A stretch of DNA of 64,000 bases from contig DBFRXD010000050.1 of the NCBI GenBank assembly GCA_048502435.1, positions 667 through 64,666 of the forward strand, given 5' to 3'. A program made the translations under genes and the position numbers. The notes beneath the pieces were generated by a model. The model made no database searches. It saw only the letters and a list, made by a program, of their open reading frames with translations, and was not told the origin of the DNA. The stretch comes from Collinsella aerofaciens (GTDB taxonomy: Bacteria; Actinomycetota; Coriobacteriia; Coriobacteriales; Coriobacteriaceae). Positions 52,419 to 63,311 of this stretch are shown here, in pieces; the first letter of the stretch is position 1, and each line of letters begins with the position of its first letter.

Positions 52419-55400
52419 TTAGATCACCGTCACGCGACCCTGGTTACCCACGATGGCTTTTGCCTCTGCCAGCAGCGGAATCGAGCGCGCGTTGACCTTG
52501 GCAGGTACCTCGGCGCGCAGCACGCGTCCGTCCACCTGCTCGATAAAGATCTCCACGCGGTCGCCGCCCGGGTTAGTGGTGAGCACCGTGGCCAGGCGCG
52601 CCATATTGCCCTGGCTAAAGCGGCTGTTGGGCACCATGACCTCAAACACCTTGGGCTTGTTGTTCTCCTCGTTGAGCTCCAGCGGCACGATCTCCTGCGC
52701 GATGATCTGGTCGCCGCGGTCCGAGCGCTCGAGTTTGCCCTTGATGCGCACAAAGGCGTCGGACAGCTGCGCACCGGTCTCGGGATCGACCTCGCCGTAC
52801 AGGTACCCCTCGGCCTCTTTATAGGTCTTGGGGAACACGACGACGGTGGCCTCGCCTTCCATGTCCTCGAGCTGCACGATGCCCATGGGGTCGCCGTTTT
52901 TGGTCACGCGCTTGGACACGCTCGAGACCATGCCGGCCCACCACAGCGCCTTGCCCTCGGGAATCTCCTGGTTGATGGTGCCGCCCGTAGGATTCTGAAC
53001 TTCGTAGCCGGTGTCGATCTGCGAGAACGAAAAGTCGCGCGCTTTGCTGAGCGCATACTCAAACGGGCGCAGCGGATGGTCCGAGACATAGATGCCCAGA
53101 ACCTCCTTCTCCTGGCTCAGCTTGAGGTGGCGGTCCCATTCCTGGCCGTCCGGATCGGGCACGCTGACCTCGAAACCCGAGCCCTCAACATCACCAAACA
53201 TGTCGAAGAACGAAGTCTGGCCGCTCGCGCGGTCCTTCTGGCGCTTTATCGCGGCGTCGATGATGTTCTCGGGGTTGTTCTTGTCCACAAAGTGCATCAT
53301 CTGGCGGCGCGGATAGCCCGTGGAGTCGAAGGCACCTGCCTTGATCAGCGATTCGATCACGCGGCGGTTGGCCTGGCTCGAGTCCACGCGCTCAACAAAG
53401 TCGTGCAGCGTCTTAAACGGACCGCCTGCCTCGCGCTCAGCGATAATCGCCTGCGCCACGCCGGTGCCCACGCCTCGAATACCGGCCAGACCAAAGCGCA
53501 CGCCCTCCTTGGTAGCCGTGAACTCGGTGCCGGACTCGTTGACATCTGGCGACAGCACGGGGATGCCGTCGTGACGGCACGCCGAGACGTAGTGCACGAT
53601 CTTGTCGGTCTTGCCCGTATAGGACGTCAGAACGGCCGCCATGTACTCGTGTGGATAGTGCGCCTTGAGCCACGCCGTCTGCATAACCAGGATGGCGTAG
53701 CCGGCGGAGTGCGACTTGTTGAAGGCGTAAGATGCGAACTCGAGAACATCGTCCCAAATCTTCTGGGCGACCTCGCGCGTGTAGTTGTTCTTGATAGCGC
53801 CGTTCATCCAGTGGTCGTAGGTGGTCTCGTCCGAGCCATCCTCCCAGTGGAGCACCGTCGACGTGAGCAGCTTGATCTTCTTCTTAGCCACGGGCTTACG
53901 GATACGCGAGTCCGATTCGCCCTTGGAGAAGCCGCACATCTCGACGGAGATGAGCATAACCTGCTCCTGGTAGACCATGGTGCCGTAGGTTTCACCCAGG
54001 ATGTCGTCCAGACGGTCGTCGTAGGAGACGGCCGGCTCCTTGCCGTTCATACGGTTGATGTAGGACGAAACCATGCCGGCGCCCAGCGGGCCCGGGCGGT
54101 ACAGGGCGATCAATGCCACGACGTGCTTGTACTCGGTGGGCTTCATGTTCTTGATCGTGGCCGTCATGCCGGCGGACTCGACCTGGAAGACGCCGGCAGT
54201 GTGGCCGGAGCCCATGAGCTTAAAGATCTCGGGATCGTCAAAGGGAATCTCTTCCTCTTTGATGTCGATGCCGAAGTTCTTCTTGATGTTTGCTTTGGCC
54301 TTGGAGATAACCGTCAGCGTACGCAGGCCCAGGAAGTCCATCTTGAGCAGGCCCATGTCGGCAACGGTATGGCCCTCGTACTGGGTAATCTCGACGCCGC
54401 CCTTAGTATCGAGCTTGGTGGGCACGTGCTCGTTGACGGGGTCGCGGCAGATCAGAACGGCGCACGCGTGCACACCCTCGCCACGGGTGAGGCCCTCAAT
54501 CGAGAGCGCCGTGTCGATGATGCGGCGGGCGTCGTCGTCCTTTTTATAGGCCTCGGCAAAATCGGGGTTAAACAAATCCTCTTTGCCGGGTTGTTTGTCG
54601 AGCACCTGCTTGAGCTTGACCTTGGGGTCGCTCGAGACCATCTTGGACAGGCGCTGGCCCATGTAGACCGGGTAGTCTAGGACGCGCGCGGCGTCGTTAA
54701 TGGCCTGCTTGGCCTTAATGGTCGAGTAGGTGATGACGTGGGTGACCTTCTCGGGGCCGTAGAGCTGGCGAACGTGCTCCACGACCTCGAGGCGCCGCTC
54801 ATCGTCGAAGTCCATATCGATATCGGGCATCTCGGTACGCTGCGGGGACAGGAACCTCTCGAACATCAGGCCGTTCTCGAGCGGGTCGAACGCGGTGATG
54901 TTCATGGCGTAGGCGACGATAGCGCCGGCGGCCGAGCCACGGCCGGGGCCGACGCCGATGCCGTTGTCCTTGGCCCATTGCACGTACTCGGCAACGATCA
55001 AAAAGTAGGCGGCAAAGCCCTTGTCGCAAATGACCTTGTATTCGTACTCAAAGCGCTCTTTGATGTTGACGCCGCCGATCTCGCGCGTGGCCCAGTCGTC
55101 ACCGTAGTGCTGGCGCAGGCCCTTCTCGCACTCGCGGCGGAACTGGCTCTCGTGCGTCTCGCCGGGATCGAGCAACGGGAAGCGCGGCAGGATGATGGAG
55201 TCCCAGTCCAGTTCCACGTAGCACTTGTCGGCAATCTCGAGCGTGTTGTCACAGGCCTCGGGGCAATACGGAAACATCGCCCGCATCTCCTCCTCGGTCT
55301 TCATGTAAAACTCCGAGCCGGTCATGCGCATGCGGTTGGGGTCGTCGACCTTGGCGTTCATGCCGATGCACATGATGACGTCCTGCACGGGCGCGTCCTC

Positions 55401-56222
55401 GCGGCGCAGGTAGTGAAAGTCGTTGGTAGCGATGACCTTGACGCCCACCTGTTTGGCAATGTCGATGAGCGTGCGGTCCATCTGCTCGTCGGTCAGGCCG
55501 TTATCGGTGGTGATGCCGTGCTCCTGGATCTCGATGTAGAAGTCGCCGGGGTCGAAAGTATCACGGAAGGTCTCGGCCCACTTGATGGCGCCTTCCATGT
55601 CACCGCGGTCGATGTATTTGGGGATGATGCCCGCGATACAGGCACTCGTGCAGATCATGCCCTTGGCGTGGCGGCGCAGGTTGTCGAGCGTCACGCGCGG
55701 CTTGTAGTAAAAGCCCTGCACGGCGGCCTCGGAAACCGTCTGCATCAGGTTGACATAGCCCTCCTGGTCCTTGGCCAGAAGGATCATGTGGTAGAGCTCG
55801 GGCTTGTGGTCGCGGGCAAGGGTCTCGTCCGGCGTAAAGTAGACCTCGCAGCCAAAGATGGGTTTGATGACCAGGGGCGGCTTGAGCTCGTCGATATTGC
55901 CCTTCTCGTCCCACATGGCCATGTCCTTCACATACTGGGCATGCTCGCGCGGGTTTTCCTCGGGATCGGGCTCCACCAGCTCGTCACGACGGTCCTTTTC
56001 CAAGAAGGCCTTGTCGTGGCTCCAGGTTTTGTACTCGGGCGTGTTGTGGTTGACGGCGTCGCAGGCCAGCGCCAGGTCGGGCACGCCATACATGTAGCCG
56101 TGGTCGGTAATGGCCACGGCGGGCATGCCCAGCTCAACGGCACGGTTGACCATATCCTGGATACGGGTTGCGCCGTCGAGCATGGAAAAGACAGTGTGGT
56201 TGTGCAGATGGACGAATGCCAT
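52419..56222 (-). CDS. dnaE: DNA polymerase III alpha subunit
   Basis: 1267-aa ORF starting MAFVHLHNHTVFSMLDGA (PHP domain). It contains PDIDMDF and GLLKMDFLGLRTL motifs. Confidence 0.95.
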   Translation of the reverse strand: MAFVHLHNHTVFSMLDGATRIQDMVNRAVELGMPAVAITDHGYMYGVPDLALACDAVNHNTPEYKTWSHDKAFLEKDRRDELVEPDPEENPREHAQYVKDMAMWDEKGNIDELKPPLVIKPIFGCEVYFTPDETLARDHKPELYHMILLAKDQEGYVNLMQTVSEAAVQGFYYKPRVTLDNLRRHAKGMICTSACIAGIIPKYIDRGDMEGAIKWAETFRDTFDPGDFYIEIQEHGITTDNGLTDEQMDRTLIDIAKQVGVKVIATNDFHYLRREDAPVQDVIMCIGMNAKVDDPNRMRMTGSEFYMKTEEEMRAMFPYCPEACDNTLEIADKCYVELDWDSIILPRFPLLDPGETHESQFRRECEKGLRQHYGDDWATREIGGVNIKERFEYEYKVICDKGFAAYFLIVAEYVQWAKDNGIGVGPGRGSAAGAIVAYAMNITAFDPLENGLMFERFLSPQRTEMPDIDMDFDDERRLEVVEHVRQLYGPEKVTHVITYSTIKAKQAINDAARVLDYPVYMGQRLSKMVSSDPKVKLKQVLDKQPGKEDLFNPDFAEAYKKDDDARRIIDTALSIEGLTRGEGVHACAVLICRDPVNEHVPTKLDTKGGVEITQYEGHTVADMGLLKMDFLGLRTLTVISKAKANIKKNFGIDIKEEEIPFDDPEIFKLMGSGHTAGVFQVESAGMTATIKNMKPTEYKHVVALIALYRPGPLGAGMVSSYINRMNGKEPAVSYDDRLDDILGETYGTMVYQEQVMLISVEMCGFSKGESDSRIRKPVAKKKIKLLTSTVLHWEDGSDETTYDHWMNGAIKNNYTREVAQKIWDDVLEFASYAFNKSHSAGYAILVMQTAWLKAHYPHEYMAAVLTSYTGKTDKIVHYVSACRHDGIPVLSPDVNESGTEFTATKEGVRFGLAGIRGVGTGVAQAIIAEREAGGPFKTLHDFVERVDSSQANRRVIESLIKAGAFDSTGYPRRQMMHFVDKNNPENIIDAAIKRQKDRASGQTSFFDMFGDVEGSGFEVSVPDPDGQEWDRHLKLSQEKEVLGIYVSDHPLRPFEYALSKARDFSFSQIDTGYEVQNPTGGTINQEIPEGKALWWAGMVSSVSKRVTKNGDPMGIVQLEDMEGEATVVVFPKTYKEAEGYLYGEVDPETGAQLSDAFVRIKGKLERSDRGDQIIAQEIVPLELNEENNKPKVFEVMVPNSRFSQGNMARLATVLTTNPGGDRVEIFIEQVDGRVLRAEVPAKVNARSIPLLAEAKAIVGNQGRVTVI

Positions 56223-56323
56223 GTGATGAGCTCCGATGCGGGTTCGTGTTCTGACTGAACGATTTTACCGCACGGCGCGGACGGCACCCGAACCTAGCCA
56301 AACCCACACGGCTCCTCTTGCAG

Positions 56324-56386
56324 TTGCGGTGGAATAGTTCCCGCTTGGGCCACCTGGGCCGCAATGCAGGAACTATTCCACCGCAA
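56324..56386. repeat. Palindromic intergenic repeat, copy 2 (between the addA-like stop and the dnaE start)
   Basis: TTGCGGTGGAATAGTTCC (56324-56341) is the perfect reverse complement of GGAACTATTCCACCGCAA (56369-56386), with a 27-nt loop. It is related to the copy at 2498-2561. Confidence 0.8.
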
Positions 56387-56398
56387 GCTATCTGAGGG

Positions 56399-59300
56399 CT
56401 AGAGATTGTAGGTGACTACTTGGGGCTCGGCGGGTTCGACGAAGATGGTTGGATCCGGCTGCTCCACGCGGACGAACTTGACCGTCACCGTCTCAAAGCC
56501 CGCCTTGTGCAACACGTCGGCGTAGACGCGCGCCTGCAGGGCGTGCTTCTCGAGCAGCTGGTCCGGCGTCTCATCCGGCGTGCCACCCGTCTTGTAATCG
56601 ATGACCAGTGCGCGTGACGGATCGGCCGGGTCGGTCGCCAAAGCGTCGATGGCGCCTTCGGCATATGCACCGTAGCGGGCGATGTCCTCGTCCTCGCAGC
56701 CCAGCGAGAAGAACGGCACCTCGGCACGAACGCACGGCCACGCGAGCAGGTCAGCACGAACAGCCGACTTGAGCCAGCGATTCAGGGCGACATCGAAGCG
56801 CTCGCGCTGCTCCGGCGTCAGGCGCCACAGGCGCGCCAGCGCATCGGCGCGCGCAGCGGGCAGCGCATCGGCACCCATCTCGATGAGCCACTGGCAAGCG
56901 GCGTGGAACGCCGAGCCCAGCGCCATGGGGTTGCCGGCGGGCTCAACGGCGGCCACGTCTGCATCCGTCATCTCCGAGCCATCCGACTCCGCATCATCGC
57001 CGGCCTCGTCCATGGGCACGTGTGCCTCGGCGGCACGATCTTCCGTCTCGGCATGGAGCGCCGCGGCGATTGACGAGTAGCTATACGAATCACGCATCGG
57101 ATACGGACAGATGCCCATGCGCACGCCCACTGCCTGGGGATACACAAGCTCAAACGAATCGGGCTTGGGGTCGGCAGGACCGGGCACGGTTGAGCGCGCA
57201 GCATTATCGGCGGCATCGGCATCGCCGCGAACAAGCCTGCCCTCGACATCCAGCGAAGCGTTGGCCTCAAACGCCTGCTCGCCAAACGTAAAGCCCGCGA
57301 GCGAGATAAGCTCGTAGTCGCCCGGCTTGGAGTTGTCGAACACCAAACGGTCGCTATCGAGCTGCGGCATGTCCAGACTGTCGGCCGGCAGGATGCGGCG
57401 CAGCACGTCGTAGGTCAGATCGATCTCGACGTCGAAGGTCGGCGCCGTCACCTTGCCACGGCTCACGCCGGCATCCATCGCCAAGATCACCAGCTCGCGC
57501 GCACGCGTCATGGCGACATAGAGCAAACGAGCCCGCTCTTCGAGCGAAAGTTGCAGGTCGTCGTTGCGCAGACGGGCAAATGCCTCGGCGGGAGAGCCCG
57601 TCGCGCATACGTCCTCCATAAGCTCTGGCGGCAACCACAGCGACGTGCCCTTGCCCTTAAACGCGTGTTCAAACTGCTTTTTGACGTCATCGCCCTTCAC
57701 GAACGTACCGTCCGCGAGTTTAACGCCGTCGAAGCGTGCCGGCAGCGCCACGACCTGCGCTCCGCCCTCGACGCGACCCATCTGCGCCGCACCGGACGGC
57801 TTGCGCACGCCAAAACACTCGGCAACCGCCACGACCGGATACTCCAGACCCTTGGACGCATGCACCGTCATGATGCGCACTGCGCCGTCACCCTCCTCGT
57901 TGAGGGCACCCGGGGCCTCCTTGCCCGCCAAGAAGCGGTCGAAGGCCAGCGCGATGGAACGCGGAGAATTGCCGAGCTCGGCCTCTGCCTCGGCCACGGC
58001 GTCGAGCGCCTTGAGCACGTTGGCGGCAATGGCCTTGCCTTCGGGGCCGCGCTGCGCCAGGCGCACGAACCAGCCGGAGGCATTGACCACGTCGCGCGCG
58101 ATGGCGGCGAACGAATCGCGCCCCACGCGGCGCAGTGCATAGCGCAGCACCTCTCGGGCACGCGTCACGAGCGGCAGGTCTTGCAAACCCGGCACGTCGG
58201 AATCGCTCATGATGCCCATGTCGATATTCCGGCGCGAGGTCTCCCCTGTCTCGCTATCGAGCTTGGTCGCCAGCGCCAGGAACTCCTGAGCGCCGAGCGC
58301 AAACATCGGCGAGGCGAGCAGCGGCATAAGGCCCCGCGCCGTATCGGCCGGATTGGCGAGCGCACATACCAGGGCGCGCACCGTCTGCACCTCGGCTGCC
58401 TGGGCAAAGACCGAACCACCCGCGATGACGCAGTCGAGCCCCTGGTCGCGGAAGGCCTGGGCGTAGACGTCGGCGTTGGTCATGCGGCCCAGCAGCAGCA
58501 CCATGCCGCCCTGGGGCTGGCCGGCATCGGCAAGCGCGCGGAATCGCTCGGCGATCGCACGGGCCTTGGCCTGTGTGCGTTCCTGCGTACTGCCGCCGGC
58601 AACAAAGAGGGCCTGGCGACGCGAGGCGTCTGCCACCAGCGTGTCCTTGCGGCCGTCGCTCGCCTCAAGATCCAAAAAGCCCTGCATCAGGCCGCCGTCA
58701 TCGCCGTCGAAGACGCGTGCCACGTAACGCAGTACCTCGTCATGGCTGCGGAAGTTGCGCACGAGTTTGACGAGTTCGCCGGCAGGGGCGTCGGCCACGG
58801 CAGTCGCCTCGGGCGCGGCAGACGAGCCCACCTTGCGCTCCTGACGACGGAACACCTCGACCTCGGCGCCACGGAAGCGATAGATGGACTGCTGCGCATC
58901 GCCCACAGTGCACAGCGCGCGCTCCCCCGCACCCGTCAGGTAACGGATCAGATCGACCTGCATCTGGTCGGTATCCTGAAACTCATCGATCATGACCATC
59001 TTAAAGCGGCCCTCGTACGCAGCACGGATGGCAGGGTAATCGCGCAACGCCTCGTAAGCCATACGCAGCAGGTCGTTGTTATCGAGCGCGGACTGGCCGG
59101 CCTTGAGCGCACGGTACTCCGCCTCTACGGCACGGGCGAGCCCCACCAGCGCATCGAGCGCCGAACCGCCGCAGGCAAGCACGATATTGATAAACGCATC
59201 AGCCGCCTCGGCCTTGAGTAGCTCCACCTGCTCCTTAGGAAACGCCTTGCTCGCGCGCGGCATGGTGCACGACATCATAAGTCGCGCCGCATCGGCCATG

Positions 59301-60025
59301 GTCTTGCCGCTCGCCTCAAACGCATCGATGGCATCGAGCGCCACCTGCGCTTTCTCGGTCGCGGCCTTGCTTGCGCCCAGCGCCGCACGATAGGCATCGG
59401 CGAGTGCCGAGGTATCGGCCTGGCCGCGCGCCACGCGCACGTCGTCCATGCCGCCCGGCAACTGGCTCGACAGCTCCAGCAGCTCGCGCACCAGGCCCTT
59501 AATGGTCGTGCCGGTACCAAACGGCCCGCCCTCGCCCGCCATGGGATACCAGGCGTAAAGGGCCTTGAGCGAGGCGGCGAGCTCGGGGGCGGCATCGGGT
59601 GCCGTCGCGCGGGCCAGCACATGCTCAACAGCCTGGTCCATAAGCTCGTCGGTATCGGTGAGCACCGTGAACTCGGGATCGATGCCCAGCTCCAACGCGT
59701 GTGCGCGCAGGATGCGCGAGCACATGCCGTGAATGGTCGAAATCCACGCGTCGTCGACGGTCAGTGCTTCCTCGTCCATGCCCTCGTCGATAAGCGCACG
59801 GCGCACGCGGTCGCGAATCTCGGCCGCGGCATCTTTGGTAAAGGTAATGGCGAGCACCTGGTCCAGATGCTCAACGAACGGACCGGATTCGGGCGAGAGC
59901 GCATAGACGATGCGGCGCGTGAGGGTAAAGGTCTTACCCGAACCGGCGCCCGCCGAGACAAACAGCGGGCGGTCGAGCGTTTTGACAATCTGCAGCTGTT
60001 GCGGCATCAAAGTCGAAAGATCCAT
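56399..60025 (-). CDS. addA: UvrD/PcrA-type helicase with C-terminal PD-(D/E)XK nuclease (AddA/RexA-like)
   Basis: 1208-aa ORF with Walker A GAGSGKTF, DEFQDTD and a C-terminal nuclease-like GAIDAL...LVIDYKTG. Confidence 0.8.
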   Translation of the reverse strand: MDLSTLMPQQLQIVKTLDRPLFVSAGAGSGKTFTLTRRIVYALSPESGPFVEHLDQVLAITFTKDAAAEIRDRVRRALIDEGMDEEALTVDDAWISTIHGMCSRILRAHALELGIDPEFTVLTDTDELMDQAVEHVLARATAPDAAPELAASLKALYAWYPMAGEGGPFGTGTTIKGLVRELLELSSQLPGGMDDVRVARGQADTSALADAYRAALGASKAATEKAQVALDAIDAFEASGKTMADAARLMMSCTMPRASKAFPKEQVELLKAEAADAFINIVLACGGSALDALVGLARAVEAEYRALKAGQSALDNNDLLRMAYEALRDYPAIRAAYEGRFKMVMIDEFQDTDQMQVDLIRYLTGAGERALCTVGDAQQSIYRFRGAEVEVFRRQERKVGSSAAPEATAVADAPAGELVKLVRNFRSHDEVLRYVARVFDGDDGGLMQGFLDLEASDGRKDTLVADASRRQALFVAGGSTQERTQAKARAIAERFRALADAGQPQGGMVLLLGRMTNADVYAQAFRDQGLDCVIAGGSVFAQAAEVQTVRALVCALANPADTARGLMPLLASPMFALGAQEFLALATKLDSETGETSRRNIDMGIMSDSDVPGLQDLPLVTRAREVLRYALRRVGRDSFAAIARDVVNASGWFVRLAQRGPEGKAIAANVLKALDAVAEAEAELGNSPRSIALAFDRFLAGKEAPGALNEEGDGAVRIMTVHASKGLEYPVVAVAECFGVRKPSGAAQMGRVEGGAQVVALPARFDGVKLADGTFVKGDDVKKQFEHAFKGKGTSLWLPPELMEDVCATGSPAEAFARLRNDDLQLSLEERARLLYVAMTRARELVILAMDAGVSRGKVTAPTFDVEIDLTYDVLRRILPADSLDMPQLDSDRLVFDNSKPGDYELISLAGFTFGEQAFEANASLDVEGRLVRGDADAADNAARSTVPGPADPKPDSFELVYPQAVGVRMGICPYPMRDSYSYSSIAAALHAETEDRAAEAHVPMDEAGDDAESDGSEMTDADVAAVEPAGNPMALGSAFHAACQWLIEMGADALPAARADALARLWRLTPEQRERFDVALNRWLKSAVRADLLAWPCVRAEVPFFSLGCEDEDIARYGAYAEGAIDALATDPADPSRALVIDYKTGGTPDETPDQLLEKHALQARVYADVLHKAGFETVTVKFVRVEQPDPTIFVEPAEPQVVTYNL

Positions 60026-60028
60026 GGT

Positions 60029-63000
60029 CTACACGTCCCTCCTTACAAACGTTCCTTCGTGGTTATACGAGCAGCGCGCATGCGCGGCCTGAGCCGACGC
60101 CGGGTCGACGGCGGCAACGTTGCCCGCCTCGAGCTCGCGCAGGCGCTCGGCGATGTCGGCCTCCACGCGATCGAGCAGGGCATCGAAGTCCATGCTGCCG
60201 CCCTCGCCCGGGAAGCCCTTCTTGAGGCCCGGGATGCGACCGTCACCGCGCTCTTCCTCGAGCAACTCGGCGCTCGCCGCACCGCGCAGCGCGGGCTTGC
60301 CGCCCTTGGTCGAAAAATAGAGCGCTGCACGGGTATCCAAGCCCAGTGCCCGACGCATGGCCTGCGCGTAGATGAGCGTTTGGGTATGGGGCGGCAGCCA
60401 GCGCGGGTCGTCGATGGGAGCCTCGCCCGTCTCCTCGTCACGCACCGTGGGGTCGGCAAGCTTAAACTCCTCGACACCCGAACGATGCTTGTAGTCGATT
60501 ACCACGGCGCGATTCTCGGCATCCACATCTACGCGGTCGATGCGCCCGCCGAGCGGCCAACCGGCATACTCGACCTGGAGCTCGTTGAACGCAAACTCCA
60601 GGTAGCGCGGGGCAAAGGGGGCAAGTGCCTCGGACTCGTAGGCAAGCACACCCTCCAGCTGCGGCAAGATCTCGGCCACCTGGCGTTCCTCCACCGCAGA
60701 GAGCGGCACCAGCGGGCCCTCCGTGCCGCGCTTGCCGGCGTGCTCGGCCAACGTCTCGTCAAAGACCTCGTGCAGCAGCTCCTGTGCGCGCGGCAGATTC
60801 TCGGGCGTCACGCGCTCCATGCCCTCTTGGGGCAGACGGGCATGCAGATGCTCCAGCACGTCGTGGACAAAGTTGCCCTTTTCCATGTTGCCAAAGCCCG
60901 CGTCGATCGACTGGGGCTTCACGCGGTACGAGACGAACCAGCATAGCGGGCAGGTCGAATAGGCCTCGATCTGCGAGGCGGACGTCAGACGCGGCACGAG
61001 CGGCGCGTCCTCACCCTCGCCATCGCGACGGCGCAGGACCAAATACGGCACGGCCTCGGCACTCAGATGCTGAGGGGCTTCACAGGTCACGCGCTCGCGC
61101 TTGAGGCCTTCACCTGCCGCGGGATCAAAGTCGGCGATGATATCGCCCTCGCCCACGCGCATGGGCTTGGCAGCGCCAGCGGCCTCGGCATGTGCCCACA
61201 GCTCGGTCCATACGGCTGCCGGGTAGCACTCGCGTGCCTGGCGATCGTGCGTCACACGGGCGAGCGCGACCGGACCGCTCGCCGCCTGCATCGCACGGCC
61301 AAAGCGCACGCGCAGCAGGGCAGCGGGCTCCAAAGACACGCCGTCGCGGCGCAGCTCGGCTGTCAACGTGGCAAGCGGGCCCTCTTCGTGCGAAAGCGGA
61401 TAGCTGTCCAGGTCGACATCGGCAAACAGCACGGCATCGTAGCTGCCAGGGCGAAGAACCGACGCATCGGCAAGCGACGCGAAGCGCACTTGTGCTCGTG
61501 GTGTGCGATCGACCTCATAGGTCTCGTAATCGTAGGCGGTACTGCGCTTGTCCACCTTGGTTCGAACGCCGTCGAGAACCGGCACGGTCGCGGCCTGCGA
61601 CACGTCGAGCGCGCGAGCATCGTTCATAAGGATGTCGATGGCATGGCGCAGCAAAGCCGTCTCTGCCTGGCGACGGGCCTGGCCGTCAAGGCCGCCTAGA
61701 GCGCGATCGGGCAACGCCTCGGCAACGACAAGCATGGCCTTAAGCGCCGTCACGGGCTTGTCACGCCACAGCGCCTGGAACACGTCCGAGACCACACACG
61801 GTACGTTCTTAAACCAGTTATCGTCGCTCGTCGCCTTGCGCGCGCCCCTCACCTGGCCCTGAACGCTCTGCAGCAGGCTCTTGACGCCCGCGGTAGTCTT
61901 GCTGCGCGAGAGACGCATATTCTTATCGAAGGTACGGGCATTGACGGCATCAGCGCCCGAAAGCGGACTGTAGATCCAGTCGGTAAGCTCCGGCGCGGGC
62001 CACCACTCAGTCTTGGAAGCGGTGCCCTCGTCGGCGGCTTTCATACGCTCGATCAGGTTGGCGAGCGCCGTAAACTGCCTGCCCGCGATGGACTGGGAAA
62101 ACGCCGTGAACTCAGTCGTCTCGGCCGCAATGTGACGCGCCGCCAAACGGGCGGCGAGCTCGCCGAACAGCTGGGGTGCCCGGGCAGAAACGACGAGCAC
62201 GCGCACGGGGTCGGCGGGCGTTGCAGTAGCTTTATCGGCCTTGGACTCCTTGTGCGCTTTCACCAACTTATCGATGGCGTCCGCATAGACATGAGCACGG
62301 GCATGGGGGCCGGCGACCTCAATAAAGGCAGGCTGAGCGGCGGCCCCGCAAGCGACATCAGACGCGACGGCGTCCTCCCCCAGCGGCGCGATCTCAAACA
62401 GCACACCGCGGGCATCAAATGCCGTGGCAAGCTCCTCGCGCATCGCCGCCTGCTCGCGGGCAAGCAGCACGACGACCTCTCCCCCATTGTTCGCCACGGC
62501 AGACAGCAGCTCGAGTAGACCGTGCGTAAACGACGTGGTACCGCGCACGCATACGGCGCGGTCGCACGCCGGCAGGCTATCGGCCAGGGCACCGGCCATA
62601 ATGTCGGCTGCCTCGCAGGGCTCGACCATATCTCGACGGTCCAAACCGCCCGCGTAGGCACGCAAAAGCTCAAACACACGAGCCTCGGCATCGCTTTTTG
62701 GCTCAGGCTGGCAATTGTTGCCACCGCATCGCTCGGCCGTCGTCCCCGCCACACCCGGCAGCACATCGCGGGCCATGCGCGCGAGCATGCGCACCGTGCC
62801 CTGGCTACGCGAAAGCGGCTGCAGGTCGGCATCGTCGCGGCGGGCAATCATATCCGAAAACAGCATCTGACGTTGCAGGTTGTCGACGAAACCGCGCCCG
62901 TCGCCCAAAAGCTCCCAAAGCGAGCGAAGCCACGATGCGGGTGTCTTGTAGTCGATACCCAGCGAAATGCCGGCTTCCGCCGCATCATGACGGCACAGAT

Positions 63001-63127
63001 CGAGCTCGGCAAACGTTGGTGCCAGCAACACGGCACGCCCGTGACGGGCAATAAGGTCGGCAAGCAGCGCCGACTCGGCATCGCTCAAATCCGTGCCGGC
63101 ATTGGTGGTATAGATTCGAACAGGCAT
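60029..63127 (-). CDS. addB: AddB/RexB-like helicase-nuclease subunit (PD-(D/E)XK nuclease, no Walker A seen)
   Basis: 1032-aa ORF directly upstream of, and 3 nt from, the addA-like gene. The C-terminal nuclease-like motif is GRIDRVDVD...VVIDYKHR. I found no GK[ST] Walker A; the N-terminus reads IYTTNAGTDLSD where AddB usually has GxxGxGKT. Cys residues lie at VTCEAP, STCPLCW and ARCSYN. Confidence 0.7.
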   Translation of the reverse strand: MPVRIYTTNAGTDLSDAESALLADLIARHGRAVLLAPTFAELDLCRHDAAEAGISLGIDYKTPASWLRSLWELLGDGRGFVDNLQRQMLFSDMIARRDDADLQPLSRSQGTVRMLARMARDVLPGVAGTTAERCGGNNCQPEPKSDAEARVFELLRAYAGGLDRRDMVEPCEAADIMAGALADSLPACDRAVCVRGTTSFTHGLLELLSAVANNGGEVVVLLAREQAAMREELATAFDARGVLFEIAPLGEDAVASDVACGAAAQPAFIEVAGPHARAHVYADAIDKLVKAHKESKADKATATPADPVRVLVVSARAPQLFGELAARLAARHIAAETTEFTAFSQSIAGRQFTALANLIERMKAADEGTASKTEWWPAPELTDWIYSPLSGADAVNARTFDKNMRLSRSKTTAGVKSLLQSVQGQVRGARKATSDDNWFKNVPCVVSDVFQALWRDKPVTALKAMLVVAEALPDRALGGLDGQARRQAETALLRHAIDILMNDARALDVSQAATVPVLDGVRTKVDKRSTAYDYETYEVDRTPRAQVRFASLADASVLRPGSYDAVLFADVDLDSYPLSHEEGPLATLTAELRRDGVSLEPAALLRVRFGRAMQAASGPVALARVTHDRQARECYPAAVWTELWAHAEAAGAAKPMRVGEGDIIADFDPAAGEGLKRERVTCEAPQHLSAEAVPYLVLRRRDGEGEDAPLVPRLTSASQIEAYSTCPLCWFVSYRVKPQSIDAGFGNMEKGNFVHDVLEHLHARLPQEGMERVTPENLPRAQELLHEVFDETLAEHAGKRGTEGPLVPLSAVEERQVAEILPQLEGVLAYESEALAPFAPRYLEFAFNELQVEYAGWPLGGRIDRVDVDAENRAVVIDYKHRSGVEEFKLADPTVRDEETGEAPIDDPRWLPPHTQTLIYAQAMRRALGLDTRAALYFSTKGGKPALRGAASAELLEEERGDGRIPGLKKGFPGEGGSMDFDALLDRVEADIAERLRELEAGNVAAVDPASAQAAHARCSYNHEGTFVRRDV

Positions 63128-63260
63128 GGTCCTCCGCTCAAACCGTTCGCAATAATCAATGCATCCATCCTACCCGCCCAAGCGGACACATTGCCACCGC
63201 AGTTCCATCTTTTGGTACAAAGCAACCTGAACCCAACGCACCAGCCGATTGCAGGCATAT

Positions 63261-63285
63261 AAAAACCGCCCCCGGAGGGACGGTT
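63261..63285 (-). terminator. Rho-independent terminator after the yerC-like gene
   Basis: Minus strand: AACCGUCCC-UCCGG-GGGCGGUU followed by UUUUAUAU. Confidence 0.65.
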
Positions 63286-63311
63286 CTTCGTAATTCAATG
63301 TTGTCGCTGGC

